This document shows, in pieces, positions 10,277 to 21,069 of a stretch of 64,000 nt of DNA; the first letter of the stretch is position 1; each line of letters opens with the position of its first letter. The stretch comes from Methanomassiliicoccaceae archaeon (GTDB lineage Archaea > Thermoplasmatota > Thermoplasmata > Methanomassiliicoccales > Methanomassiliicoccaceae). Both the position numbers and the translations under genes were made by a program. Under the pieces are notes generated by a model. The model did no database searches, was not told the DNA's origin, and saw nothing but the letters and a program-made list of their open reading frames with translations. The stretch covers positions 288,001 to 352,000 of the forward strand of contig CAVSJV010000017.1 in the NCBI GenBank assembly GCA_963728405.1, read 5' to 3'.

Positions 10277-10875
10277 TCAGAAGGACCCCGTCTCAACCCT
10301 TCCAGCGCTCTGGTAATTGGCGACGATGACCCCCTTCGGTGAGACTTTGCTGTCGATCAGCTTGAACGCCGCCGGAATCGTGCCTTCGGCGAACAGCCGT
10401 TTTCCCGGGCCGAGCGTTACCGGGAATATCTTGAGCCATAGTTCATCGACCAGATCGTGCTTCAGGAGGGTCTGAATCAGATTGCCACTACCATGGACCT
10501 GAATCTCGGGGCCGTCCTGCGCCTTGATGTCCATTATCGCCTTCACGACATCGCCATGCAATTGAACCGATTGCGCCCATTTGAATTGCATAGGATGCCG
10601 GGAGGCGACATACTTGGTCGCCTGGTTGATCTCCACGCCCTCATCTTTGTGATGGGGCCAATAGGAGGCGAAGAGTTCATACATGTCTTCCTGCCTAGAA
10701 GAAGGTCGAACGGCCCCCCCATCTGCTCGCTCATCACCTTGCCCATGAACTCATCAAAATAGGGGACCGTCCAGCCGCCGTGCTTGAAACCACCGGAGAT
10801 GTCTTCCCCTGGCCCGCCGGGCGCTTGCATAACGCCGTCGATCGTAACGAAGGAGAGAACGACGATTTTTCTCAT
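10277..10875 (-). CDS. Dihydrofolate reductase / RibD C-terminal family protein (apparent frameshift at 10681-10686)
   Basis: SFVTIDGVMQAPGG, LLLGRKT/YE, GSGNLIQTLL and LVDELWLKIFPVTLGPGKRLF motifs. Confidence 0.9.
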
Positions 10876-11207
10876 GTTGTTTTTTAGGCGGCTCACGTCA
10901 TTAATGGTTTGTTAACACCTGGCATTATTGGCGATCCAAGACGACTTAGCGAAGGCTGAAAGTCGACGCTCAACAATGACCAAAGGGGATGAGGTTTCGG
11001 AGCTATTCCTTCTCGATATCCCCCCATATCGCGGTCGTTCGGATTGTTCTAGGAATAAGGATTCCATCACTATTCACCTTGGTGTGCCACCTGACCAGCG
11101 TCGTGATGGAGCTTCGACGCCGACCTGAGCACCTGTTATCACGATCGGCTTCCGATGGGGCGAGCAATACTATATCTGAAATTTTTTTGTCTTGAAAGGT
11201 GCGAACG

Positions 11208-11537
11208 ATGCCCCACATAAGGGCATTGGTAGTGGACGATGAGCCATTCCTGCTCGACCTGACCAAGCTCTTCCTGGAGGACGAGGAGGACATCTCGGTG
11301 GATGTCACCAGCTCCGGAGAGGAGACGTTTCGGCTGACCGAGAGCGGCGAATATGACGTCGTAGTCTCCGACTTCCAGATGCCGGACATGGACGGCCTTG
11401 AACTGTTAAGGAGCCTAAGAAAAAGGGACGGCGGGCTTCCCTTAATCCTGTTCAGCGGCCTGGGTGCCAGCCCCCGCCTGAGTTATCGCCGGAGCGGCGA
11501 CGGTCCTGTTCCTCATCAACACCCCTACCAGCAATAG
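11208..11537 (+). pseudogene. Truncated response-regulator receiver domain
   Basis: LVVDDE, VVSDFQMPDMDGLELL, LPLILFSG; the sequence then diverges and lacks the conserved Lys strand. Confidence 0.65.
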
Positions 11538-11673
11538 TTACGCCCGAGGGATCGGGCTGGATGCCCTGTCGAGCGAAGGGAATACGCTCGAAACTTGCCC
11601 TACCGCGAGGGCCCTCAGCCTACGACCATAGGAATAACACAACATTCAAAGATAGGGTCAAATATCAACTATC

Positions 11674-12549
11674 GTGAACAAGCTTAGATTTGCCTTCCTG
11701 GCAATCGCTGTTGGGGCCGTGGTGCTGGTCCTGAAGCTGTTGGCCTACCTCACCTCTGGCTCGGTAGCATTGCTATCGGATGCATTGGAATCCATCATCA
11801 ACATCGTAGCCTCGGTGATGATGATGTTCTCCATCTGGATAGCGGCAAAGCCAGCTGATCTAAATCATAATTACGGGCACAAGAAGGCCGAGAACATCTC
11901 GGCCCTGATCGAGGGCCTTCTGATCATTATCGCCGCTGTCCTCATCATAGAGGCGAGCGTTGGCAGACTGCTGGCGCCAGAGGGGCTGGGCAACGTCGAT
12001 CTGGCCCTCCTGATCTCCCTATCGGCCACCTCCTTGAATGGCATTCTTGCCATCGTGCTGTTGCGAGCTTCGGGGCGAACGGGTTCGATAGCCTTGGAAG
12101 GCGATGCGAAGCATCTGATGTCCGATGTGTTCTCTTCCGTAGGTGTGGTCATCGGTCTGTTCATCGCCAGCCTGACGGGCTGGTTCATCCTGGACCCTCT
12201 CATCGCTCTGGTGGTGGCGTCCCTCCTGATCAGGATGGGCTACAGTGTGCTGAGGAAGACGTCGGAAGACCTGATGGACCAGAGCTGCCAGGAAGAGGAG
12301 AGATTGGTCCGGGAAGTGTTGGCCCGGGTTGATGGTTATATCGAGTACCACGATCTAAAGACGAGGAAGGTCGGAAACCAGGTCTTCTCGGAGTTCCACC
12401 TCTGCGTAGATGGGAGCTGTTCCACCTCCTGCTCCCATGCCCTTGCCGAGAAGATCGAACTGGAGATTGGGAAGGTCGTCCCCGACATCACTGTGACCAT
12501 CCATGTGGAGACGCAAGCTCAGGCCGTAGGAAATAAAGTGAGCATCTGA
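11674..12549 (+). CDS. Cation diffusion facilitator (FieF-like)
   Basis: SVALLSDALES, HNYGHKKAE, HLMSD, C-terminal HDLKTRK and TIHVE motifs. Confidence 0.92.
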   Translation: MNKLRFAFLAIAVGAVVLVLKLLAYLTSGSVALLSDALESIINIVASVMMMFSIWIAAKPADLNHNYGHKKAENISALIEGLLIIIAAVLIIEASVGRLLAPEGLGNVDLALLISLSATSLNGILAIVLLRASGRTGSIALEGDAKHLMSDVFSSVGVVIGLFIASLTGWFILDPLIALVVASLLIRMGYSVLRKTSEDLMDQSCQEEERLVREVLARVDGYIEYHDLKTRKVGNQVFSEFHLCVDGSCSTSCSHALAEKIELEIGKVVPDITVTIHVETQAQAVGNKVSI

Positions 12550-12621
12550 AGGCACCTAGTACGCGTGAGGATGGGCGAACAATTCAATAGGGTAACCGCT
12601 CAACTCATCGTCGGTCATTAA

Positions 12622-13948
12622 ATGAGGAGAACTACCTGGGTGCTGGCATCGGCCTTGCTGCTGGCAGGCGTGGTCATCGCTTCACTGCTCATCAATACCT
12701 CGCCCAGTACAGTCCGGGCCGCCCAGCGAGGGCCAGGTGGTGCTGGAGCTGGCGGCCGAGGGGCTCGTTCATCCGGTCGGGGTAGCGAGCCCTACCGGGC
12801 TGGAGGACCGGACGTTCATCGTGGACCAGGTCGGAGTGGTCAGGACGCTGCTGTCCAACGGTTCCCTGCTCCCTGAGCCTTTCCTGGATCTGCGTGACCA
12901 GGTGGTCAGCCTCGACATTGGCTACGACGAGCGGGGGCTGCTCAGCATAGCATTCCATCCGAACTACACTACCAACCACAAGTTGTACGCGTTCTACAGC
13001 GCTCCGCTCCGTCCGGAAGCGCCGGCCGATTACGATCACACCAACTACATCGTCGAGCTGACCGCCTCGGAGGATGGTGCGATCGGTCGACCCCGCTACG
13101 GCCCGCGTTATCCTGGCCATCGATAATCCGTACATGAACCATAACGGCGGGGCAGGTGCTCTTCGGGCTCGATGGCTTCCTCTACACTGCACGGTGGGAG
13201 ACGGGGGCGGAGGGAACGACGTGGGAAGAGGGCACAACGCCACCGTCGGCAATGCCCAGGACCTGAACTCCATCCACGGAAAGGTCCTCCGGCTTGGACA
13301 TCGATTGGGAATCGGACGGCCGACCCTATTCCATCCCCGCCGACAATCCATTCGCCCAGGGGGGCGGCCTTCCCGGAGATCTTCGCCTGGGGCTTCCGGA
13401 ACCCCGCCTACGCCGCCTTCGATCCCACCAACGGCAGCCTGTTCGTCGCCGACGCCGGCCAGAACCGCTACGAGGAGGTGGACCTGGTGGTGAAGGGCGG
13501 CAACTACGGCTGGAACATCAAGGAAGGAACGCATTGCTTCGATCCGAACAATTCGCTAGCTAACCCGACCTCATGCCCCAACAAGGGGGCTAACGGCGAG
13601 AGGTTGATCGACCCCATGGCCGAGTTCAAGAACTCCGCCCTGCCCGGAGGGGAAGGGGCCGTTGTCATCGGCGGAGCGCCATACCACGGCAACATCTCCG
13701 CACTGAACGGCGGCTACATCTTCGGGGCCTTCCGGGACGGGGGCAGTCCGCTGTTCGTCCTCCTGCCCTCGGAGGCCGGCAACTGGACCCGATACGCCCT
13801 GTCGGTCGAGGGCCGCTCCGACGGCCGGGTGCCCGGGTACCTCCTGTCGGTAGGCCTGGACGCCCGGGGCGAGCTCCTGGTCCTAGGTGCGGACAACGCC
13901 GGACCGAGCGGGAGCACCGGCCAGGTCTGGAGAGTTAAAGGCCGATAG
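12622..13948 (+). CDS. Secreted PQQ-dependent sugar dehydrogenase (GSDH beta-propeller), several apparent frameshifts
   Basis: Signal peptide, ERGLLSIAFHPNY, NHNGG, VGDGGG, GKVLR, IPADNPF, WGFRNP and GGNYGW motifs spread over pieces. Confidence 0.85.
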
Positions 13949-13975
13949 GGACGGCCAAAGGAAGTTCGGGCCCCG

Positions 13976-14627
13976 CTAGGGGACGTCCTGGTCATCGGAC
14001 CCCTCCACGCTGTGGGACCCCTCCTTGCTCTTCCAACGGCCGTAGAGGATGTACACCAGGAAGGCCGCCCCGCCGACACCAGGATGACAACGTCCATCCG
14101 TTGAGGCTGTGGGCCAGCTCGATCCAGTACTTGCCGAGCAGGAAACCCGCCGACACCAGCACGGTGTTCCAGATGGTAGCGCCGATGAAGGTGAAGAGAG
14201 CGAAGCGCTTGATGTCCATCCGCGTTATCCCGGCCGGGAAGGAGATGATGGACCGTATGCCTGGAAGAGCGTGCCCTATGAGAATGCCGTAGTTGCCCCA
14301 CTTGGCGAACCAGGCGTCGGCGCGGCACAGGGCATCGGGACCGAGGCCGAAATAGCGGCCGAAACGGTCCAGGAACGGGCGCCCCAGGGTCCGGCCGAGC
14401 AGATAGGCGATGGTCGAACCGCACATGGCGCCCAGTGAACCGATGAGTATAACGAGGACGATGTTCAGCTCCCCGGTCGAGCACAGGTATCCGGCGAAGG
14501 GCATGATCAGCTCGCTCGGTATCGGAGTAAGGATGCCCTCAACGAACATGGCGACAAAGATGCCGAGGTAGCCGGCGGAGGAGATCAGGGCCAGTATCCA
14601 GTCGTTGATCAGCTCGATAACATTCAT
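13976..14627 (-). CDS. DedA-family membrane protein (apparent frameshifts near the C-terminus)
   Basis: PIPSELIMPFAG, LPGIRSIISFPAG and FALFTFIGATIW motifs. Confidence 0.9.
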
Positions 14628-14753
14628 TCAATGTACCGCCGGGGCTGGTCAGATTAGACCGGCACCCGATAAAGAGCTTTCGGCCCCTGTTCGGGGACGC
14701 CCCCGCAGACGCAACCCTCTTGAACGGGAGAGTCATTACCGGGGACGTTTCAC

Positions 14754-15959
14754 ATGGTCGACTTCCGCCCCTTTTCCGGCATCCTTCCGCACCTGACCAA
14801 GAACGAGGACATCGCCGACCGCGTATCCCCGCCCTACGACATCATCTCTGCCGAGGAGCAGGCCAAGCTTCAATCGAAGCCGTACAACATCACCAGGATC
14901 ACCCTCGGAGGGGTGGACGGAAAGTACGACCAAGCGGCCAAGCTATTGGACTCCTGGATCGCATCCGGCAAGCTGGCCCAGGACAAGGAACCGTGCTACT
15001 ACCTATATCGCCAGAGCTTCCAGGATGACGGGAAGTGGCTGATCCGCAATGGCATCATCGGTGTGCTGAAGGCCGAGGGTTACGAGGCCGGGAACATCAT
15101 CCCGCACGAGGAAACCTTCCCCAAGGTCAAGGAGGACCGCTTGAACCTGCTCCGGTCCACGGCGACGCACTGCGAATCGATCTTCGGCCTCTACGACCGC
15201 TCGGAGATCGATCTGAACGAGATCACCAAGACCGCTACTAAGCTGTACGAGTGCAGCGATGTCTCCGGTACCAAGCACCAGCTCTACCGCATTGCCGACC
15301 GCGCTACGGTCGAAGGCATACAGAGCATGCTCGCGGCCAAGAAGGTCCTCATCGCCGACGGCCACCACCGGTACGAGACCTCTTACAAGTACTCCCAGGA
15401 GAACCTCCTGGACGAGAGGAGGTCATACGTTCTTTGCACCATGGTCTCCTCCCAGGACACCGGCATGTTCGTCCGGCCGACCCACCGCCTGATCAAGAAC
15501 CTGAGGTTCCAGGAGAAGGAGCTCCTGGATGCTCTAGGCAAGCATTTCTCGGTGCGAGAGGTCAAGGGCGCCACGGCCGCCCAGGAGGCCATGGACGCGG
15601 CGACCGCCCCTACCTTCGGACTTCTGCTGCCGAACGGCAAGACCCTCTTGGCCGAGTTCACCGCACCCCCCGGGGACATCCTGTGGTCGGTGGACACCTA
15701 TGTCTGTCAAGAAGTGATCCTGAAGGGCATCCTGTACTCGATGCCCAAGGGCAACGAGCTGGAGGTCGAGTACGATCACGACCTTTCGTCCGTCGAGAAG
15801 AAGGTCCAAGCGGGAGGAGCCGACCTCGCCATCCTGGTCCGCGCGCCCTCCCTGGACATGGTCTGGAAGGTTGCCCAGAACGGGCGCAAGATGCCTAAGA
15901 AGACCACCTACTTCTGGCCGAAGATCTGGTCCGGGTTCGTCCTCTACCGGATGAAATGA
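14754..15959 (+). CDS. DUF1015-family protein
   Basis: SPPYDII, PHEETF, IADGHHRYET, PTHRL and MPKKTTYFWPK motifs. Confidence 0.9.
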   Translation: MVDFRPFSGILPHLTKNEDIADRVSPPYDIISAEEQAKLQSKPYNITRITLGGVDGKYDQAAKLLDSWIASGKLAQDKEPCYYLYRQSFQDDGKWLIRNGIIGVLKAEGYEAGNIIPHEETFPKVKEDRLNLLRSTATHCESIFGLYDRSEIDLNEITKTATKLYECSDVSGTKHQLYRIADRATVEGIQSMLAAKKVLIADGHHRYETSYKYSQENLLDERRSYVLCTMVSSQDTGMFVRPTHRLIKNLRFQEKELLDALGKHFSVREVKGATAAQEAMDAATAPTFGLLLPNGKTLLAEFTAPPGDILWSVDTYVCQEVILKGILYSMPKGNELEVEYDHDLSSVEKKVQAGGADLAILVRAPSLDMVWKVAQNGRKMPKKTTYFWPKIWSGFVLYRMK

Positions 15960-16064
15960 CCATCAATATCTAGATGAATAATAATTAAATGAGCGCAATC
16001 TATTTGTAGCTCCGGCTCCAAGAAAGAACCGTAGACGGAAGGTCCACGGGGAAGGGAAGGATAG

Positions 16065-16178
16065 ATGACCGGATATCGCTCGGAGATGGCCCACCAGAAG
16101 AGGAAGGACATCTTGCTGGCATTGCTGGTCATCTTCCTTCTCGCATTGCTGTTGATCGTGATCCCCGGATCGGTCTGA
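16065..16178 (+). CDS. Putative 37-aa single-TM microprotein
   Basis: MTGYRSEMAHQKRKDILLALLVIFLLALLLIVIPGSV; purine-rich leader and a T-tract at about 16200-16215. Confidence 0.4.
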   Translation: MTGYRSEMAHQKRKDILLALLVIFLLALLLIVIPGSV

Positions 16179-16215
16179 GGTCTGCTAGTCCTCCACCAAT
16201 TTTTTTCTTTTTTGT

Positions 16216-17124
16216 TCATCTCACTGTGCAGGTAGACTCCACCGCCCGCTGCATCTCGATGAACCGCTGGGGAGCGTTCTTGAACGCCTCAAGACATTGC
16301 TGGGAACAGAAGTGATATTCCTGACCGTCGTAGGCGAAGAAGAAGTCGGTCCTCTTGGTGTCCACTTCCACACCGCATACCGGATCGATCAGCGCCTTCC
16401 TGACCTTTGTCACCATGACCCGCGCCCCCATCTCATGGCAGTGCACGATCTCGTCGGCCCCGGCCCGCTGCAGCTTGGCCACGTTGCGGTTCTCCTCTAC
16501 CTCGGAGACTATTCTCAGCTTTTCGTTGAGCATCCGGGCGGTGATCACCACCATCAGGTTGATCGGGTCAGGCATGGTCGCCAGAAGTCCTTTCGCCCCC
16601 TTTATGTTGGCACGCTCGAGCACTTCCTCGTTCTCGGCGTTGCCCTCGATGACCGGGATGTGTGCTTCCACCAGCTCCTCTACTTTACGTCGATCCCTCT
16701 CGATTATAATGAAGCGCTCGCCCTTGGCGCTCAGCTGGTCCATGATCTGGTGACCGACCGTTCCCGAAACCGCAGATGATATAGTGGTCGTTCATTTTGG
16801 TTCTCCTCTCCGGCAGGCCCAGTTCGGCGCGTATCTCCTCTTCATGGCCAGGTCGAAGGTGGTCTGGAAAAAGGACAGCGCCGCTCCGATCCCGACCACC
16901 ATCACCACCGAGGCCACGATCCTGGACTCTGGAGTGGTGGGGACATAATCCCCGTACCCCACCGTGGTCATCGTCACCAGGGTGAAGTAGAGCGCGTCCC
17001 AGGGGTCCTGTATCGTAGGCTCCTCCAGGCTGAACCCGACGACCCCGAACGCGACGATGGCCAAAATGACGGCCAGGGCGATTAGTATCTGATCCTTTTT
17101 GCCTAACAAGGTTGATTGAGCCAA
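16216..17124 (-). CDS. Potassium channel with RCK/TrkA-N domain and C-terminal YHS domain (apparent frameshifts near 16835 and 16759)
   Basis: TMTTVGYGD selectivity filter, HYIICGFG, GNAENEEVL, AGADEIV, then DPVCG...YHFCSQQCLEAF. Confidence 0.88.
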
Positions 17125-17190
17125 TGAACAGGTCGGTATTTATCGATATGTTAATTCGATAAAATGAGGATGGAAGAAGTTTAGGGTTTC

Positions 17191-18884
17191 TTAGGCACCC
17201 TCTTCCTGGCCAACACATATGAACGAGAGGTAAAGAGTTTGAAGGGAGGGGTCAGATAGACGTTCGTCCAGATCCTCATACTCTTCATCCGTCTTCTTCC
17301 GCCCATTGTTGGCCCGCTTCTGCATCGCCTCCATGCCCTTCCACGAGCGGGCCGGCGGACCCTTCTCCTTCTTGCGGCGATGGTTGAAGTAGATCAGGAC
17401 GGCCACGATGGCCACCCCGGCGAGGGCAGCGATGATCCCATAGATGGCCAGGGGATTGCTCGGCGTGACGCTGATCGAACCCAGCCCGCCGGTCTGCCCC
17501 GGCTGCACGGTACCGGCACGGTCCTTCCGTCCCAGCCGGTTTTGGACAGTGTCAGCTCATGGGGGCCGGCGTGCGTGCTGAAAGAGAATGCGCCCGCATC
17601 GTTGGTGATGACCGCCACGCCCTTGTCCAGCGATACGCTGACCCCGGCCAGCGGGTTACCGTTGTTATCGGTGACCACGCCGGAGACGGTTCCCATATCA
17701 GTTGTGGTGAACGTCCAGCTCTTGGTCATCGGCGCACCGACGAGGTCCTTTCCGCTTACCGTGACCGTGTAGGTCGTACCATAGGCAAGATCGCTCAAGG
17801 GTGTGAAGGTCAGGGCGGTCCCGTCCCAGCTCACGGCCCCGCTCACGCCCAGGATGGTGATATCGGTGGCCTCGTGGTCCATGGGCTTGGTGAAGTTGAC
17901 CACGATGGTGGTGCCCACCGGCTCCTGGTCGCCCTCGGGAAGTACGCTCACTATCCCTGGCGCGACGGTGTCCACCAGGAAGGTGACCTCGTCAGCAGCG
18001 GTACTGCTGGCGATGTCCACCGCCACGATTCTGACAGTGTGGTAGCCATCGGTGTAATTGCGGGTGAACTGATTATCGGTCGGAACGGCAGTGATCATCT
18101 TGACCCCATCGACCCAGATCTGATAGCCCTGGATGTCCCCGCCGGCGTCCACGCCGTTCCACACCACCGTGACGTCCGCGTGGTTGAAACCCGCGTTATC
18201 GGCAGGATAGGTTATGTTAGCCGTTGGATAGGTTGTGTCGACGTCGAAGCTCACCGTGGCCGAGGTCGTTCTCCCGCCCCAGCCGTGGGCGATGACGGTG
18301 ATGTTGTGATGGCCGTCGCTCAGGTCGGAAAAGGTGTGGGATGATCTGTTGAATGCGATCGGGGTGATCAAAGGGTATGAGTCCAGGCTGGCCTCGAAGT
18401 AGGCGATGTTCGCGCTGTCGGTGGCCTGCCAGGTCACGGTGACATCAGAATAGTTGAGGTACGTATTGCTCCCCGGCGAGACGATGCTCAGGACCGGCGG
18501 AACAGTGTCGATGAAGAAGAACACGGAGTCCTCGGCGACCCCGCCTACGTCATTGAAGGCCCGGACCACCACATAATGAGGTCCATCGGCCAGGCCGGTC
18601 AAATTGAACTGCGTCTGGCCTGTCGTCCGTGGCTCGGTGAGCGAGTCTAGGTAGACCAGGAATGAGGTGATGTTATGCTCGGTGTCCGTGGCATCCCAGG
18701 AGATCATAGCGTACGAAGTCTGGAGGTAGATGTTCTGCTGGGGGGCAGTGATGTTAACGCTCAGTGAGCCGGTGACCACCCCGGAAGCATTGAACGAGGC
18801 CAGTGGTGTCACCGTGGCCGCTGCGCTGAACATGACAAGCAAAGCTAGAATTACAACTAATGAACGCCCCATCCCGAATCCCAT
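17191..18884 (-). CDS. Surface protein with tandem Ig-like domains, a carboxypeptidase-regulatory-like domain and C-terminal TM anchor (apparent frameshift near 17510)
   Basis: Signal peptide, repeated L.DG.H.I.V.A / F.VDT..P modules, VSGVVTDNNGNPLAGVSV, TM segment followed by RRKK. Confidence 0.8.
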
Positions 18885-19043
18885 CCTCTGTACTGACAGT
18901 TGGGCCAGAATCAAAATATGAGGTATTAATAGTAATCCAAGGTCGCATGTCAGGCTGGAGGCCAGTGGTTTTCCTCTCGTTGGTAGAGAAAGAACGGTCC
19001 AGACCATGGGGCAGCTCCCGACCGCCTCGGCCCAAGGCCGTTC

Positions 19044-19464
19044 CTATTCGAGCTTTATCAGGGAGCCGGAGCGAGCCGTCTGTTGCCCTGGAGCAAGGAT
19101 CATCTTTTCCAACTTTTCTTTGAGGTCCTGGACAGTCCTGGGCGGTATAGTTCAGGTCTGCTGATTTCTTGATGCCGAGGTCCGTGATCGTGATCTCCTT
19201 GATCGCGGAGATTTCTGCATATTCCAGGGTCTTGCTGGCACATCTCAGGGGGCATCCATCTATGCAAACGATGGCCCTGCCGGAACGGAACGGTTTCAGG
19301 AAGCTTTCATTGTGGGCGCCCGCCGCGGCGATGCATGCGACCTTGACCTTGCCTTCCCTGACGAGCTCCCGCGCCGCGTCATTGCTCATCTGCCCGACAT
19401 TGGCCGCACCATGACATAGGAAGAGCCATGGCAGGTTTTTGTTCTGAGATCCGTCTTCGTCCAT
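19044..19464 (-). CDS. DGC-domain putative zinc-binding protein (apparent frameshift at 19132-19136)
   Basis: CHGAANVGQMSN, ACIAA, IDGCPLRCASKTL, ITDLGIKK motifs. Confidence 0.85.
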
Positions 19465-19762
19465 ACTCTCACCCTACGACCAGGGTAATTTGACCATGGC
19501 ATTATATAATTAAGTATAAAGTCAAATATTTAACCAATATAAAAAGTTCTTCCGAGATCTGTTCAAAAAGCGTGGCATGCGTTTCTCATATCTGTGATCG
19601 AGGGCATCCTAGAGGGGCTTTGAATAAAGCCACGAGTTATCACAGATCTGAACAATCTAGGTACTGGGCCAGCGCAAGAAGCCTTAGGGCACCATTATGG
19701 GCTCATCGCCCTAGGTCAGCTCATGACCTTTCAGGTAACTAACGGACTAGAAGAGATGGTAG

Positions 19763-19837
19763 TGGAGCCACTGGAGGGAATTGAACCCTCGACCTACGCC
19801 TTACCAAGGCGTCGCTATACCACTAAGCCACAGTGGC
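19763..19837 (-). tRNA. tRNA-Thr (GGU), CCA encoded
   Basis: GCCACTG...CAGTGGC-T-CCA, anticodon arm ACGCC-TT-GGT-AA-GGCGT. Confidence 0.95.
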
Positions 19838-19904
19838 GGATGGAGACCATCAATCCGCTTTTCGTTAATATAGGTTTCGTCTTGGCTGGCCATTCTAGGG
19901 TGGG

Positions 19905-20258
19905 TCAGCCGGCCATGGGGGTGGAGAGGATGCCCAGCGACTCGTAGCTATACACCACGATGTTCTCCCGACCCTCCTTGTTCACCCGGTCCATCATGGA
20001 AAAGAAGCCCTCGTTGGGGACGATGACCGCCACATACAGGCCCTCATCGGCGGCGTCGTTGTACTCCTCGACCGCCTCGCCGCGCACCCAGCTGAGGTCC
20101 GACTCCACGAACTCCGCGCCGATGGTGATCTCCTCGCTCTGGATGGTTATCACTCCCCGGTTGTCCGGGGCGATAAGCTCATAGTCGGTATCCAGCTCGG
20201 GGTCGTCCTCCTCCAGCTGCTCGATGCGCTGCAATATGACATCCTCGACGTCGATCAA
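19905..20258 (-). CDS. Hypothetical acidic protein
   Basis: 117-aa ORF with GAGGTG Shine-Dalgarno before TTG and host-like codon usage. Confidence 0.7.
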   Translation of the reverse strand: MIDVEDVILQRIEQLEEDDPELDTDYELIAPDNRGVITIQSEEITIGAEFVESDLSWVRGEAVEEYNDAADEGLYVAVIVPNEGFFSMMDRVNKEGRENIVVYSYESLGILSTPMAG

Positions 20259-20342
20259 TATCCCACCTCAGCGACCTGGAGCTATAATTATTCTTCTCGC
20301 TTCCGCCAGTATGCATCGCCTCACTTGCTGGCTTATGAACAT

Positions 20343-20846
20343 TCAATAATGCTCGTTCCGCTTCTCTAGATATACGAACGATAGAGCATCGCTGACCCTC
20401 TCGGTCCGAATGGGGGCATAGCCGAGGTCCCGATAGAAGGGGCGGTTCCGCGGATGGTCCGCCCGGGTGAACAGCTCATATCTATGGGCCCGGGGATAGG
20501 ATCGTTCGATCGCCATCATCAGGGCCTTACCGATCCCCTTCCTCCAGTAAGCGGGGTGCACGACCAAACGGCTGATCATGCAGGTGTCCCCCTCGACCCG
20601 GGCCCGGACCGACCCGATGATCGTTCCGTTCTCGACCATTTTCAGGACGACCCCCGAGGCAAACTCCTTCTTGAGCTCGTCCAGGGTCTGGGCCATCGGC
20701 TTGATATTGTGGTCCCCGACATGCTCAGCCTCCTCCCGGAATGCCAACCTCTGGAGCCTTAGGATCTCAGGCAGGTCCGCTTCAGTGGCTCTAGAAATCA
20801 TCACAGGAAGATGCGGCTGAAACGATATGGCGTTTTGGTCTGACAT
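20343..20846 (-). CDS. GNAT-family N-acetyltransferase
   Basis: RLVVHPAYWRKGIGKALM and N..FYRDLGY motifs. Confidence 0.9.
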   Translation of the reverse strand: MSDQNAISFQPHLPVMISRATEADLPEILRLQRLAFREEAEHVGDHNIKPMAQTLDELKKEFASGVVLKMVENGTIIGSVRARVEGDTCMISRLVVHPAYWRKGIGKALMMAIERSYPRAHRYELFTRADHPRNRPFYRDLGYAPIRTERVSDALSFVYLEKRNEHY

Positions 20847-21069
20847 ATCACATAGGATGTGTACACGAGGCCAGAGACCAAAGACGAGCGACAGTTAGCA
20901 AAGGGGAGCTTGCCCATTCAAGAAGTCCACCTGATCCGAGGGATAGGTTCACGGCCATGTCCCAGCGATCTAATGAACGCCAGAATTGAATCAAGTAACG
21001 TATATATATCTCAGGTCGCGAAAAGTTCATACCCAAATGATTTCAACCAGTTTTGACATGGTCTTGACG

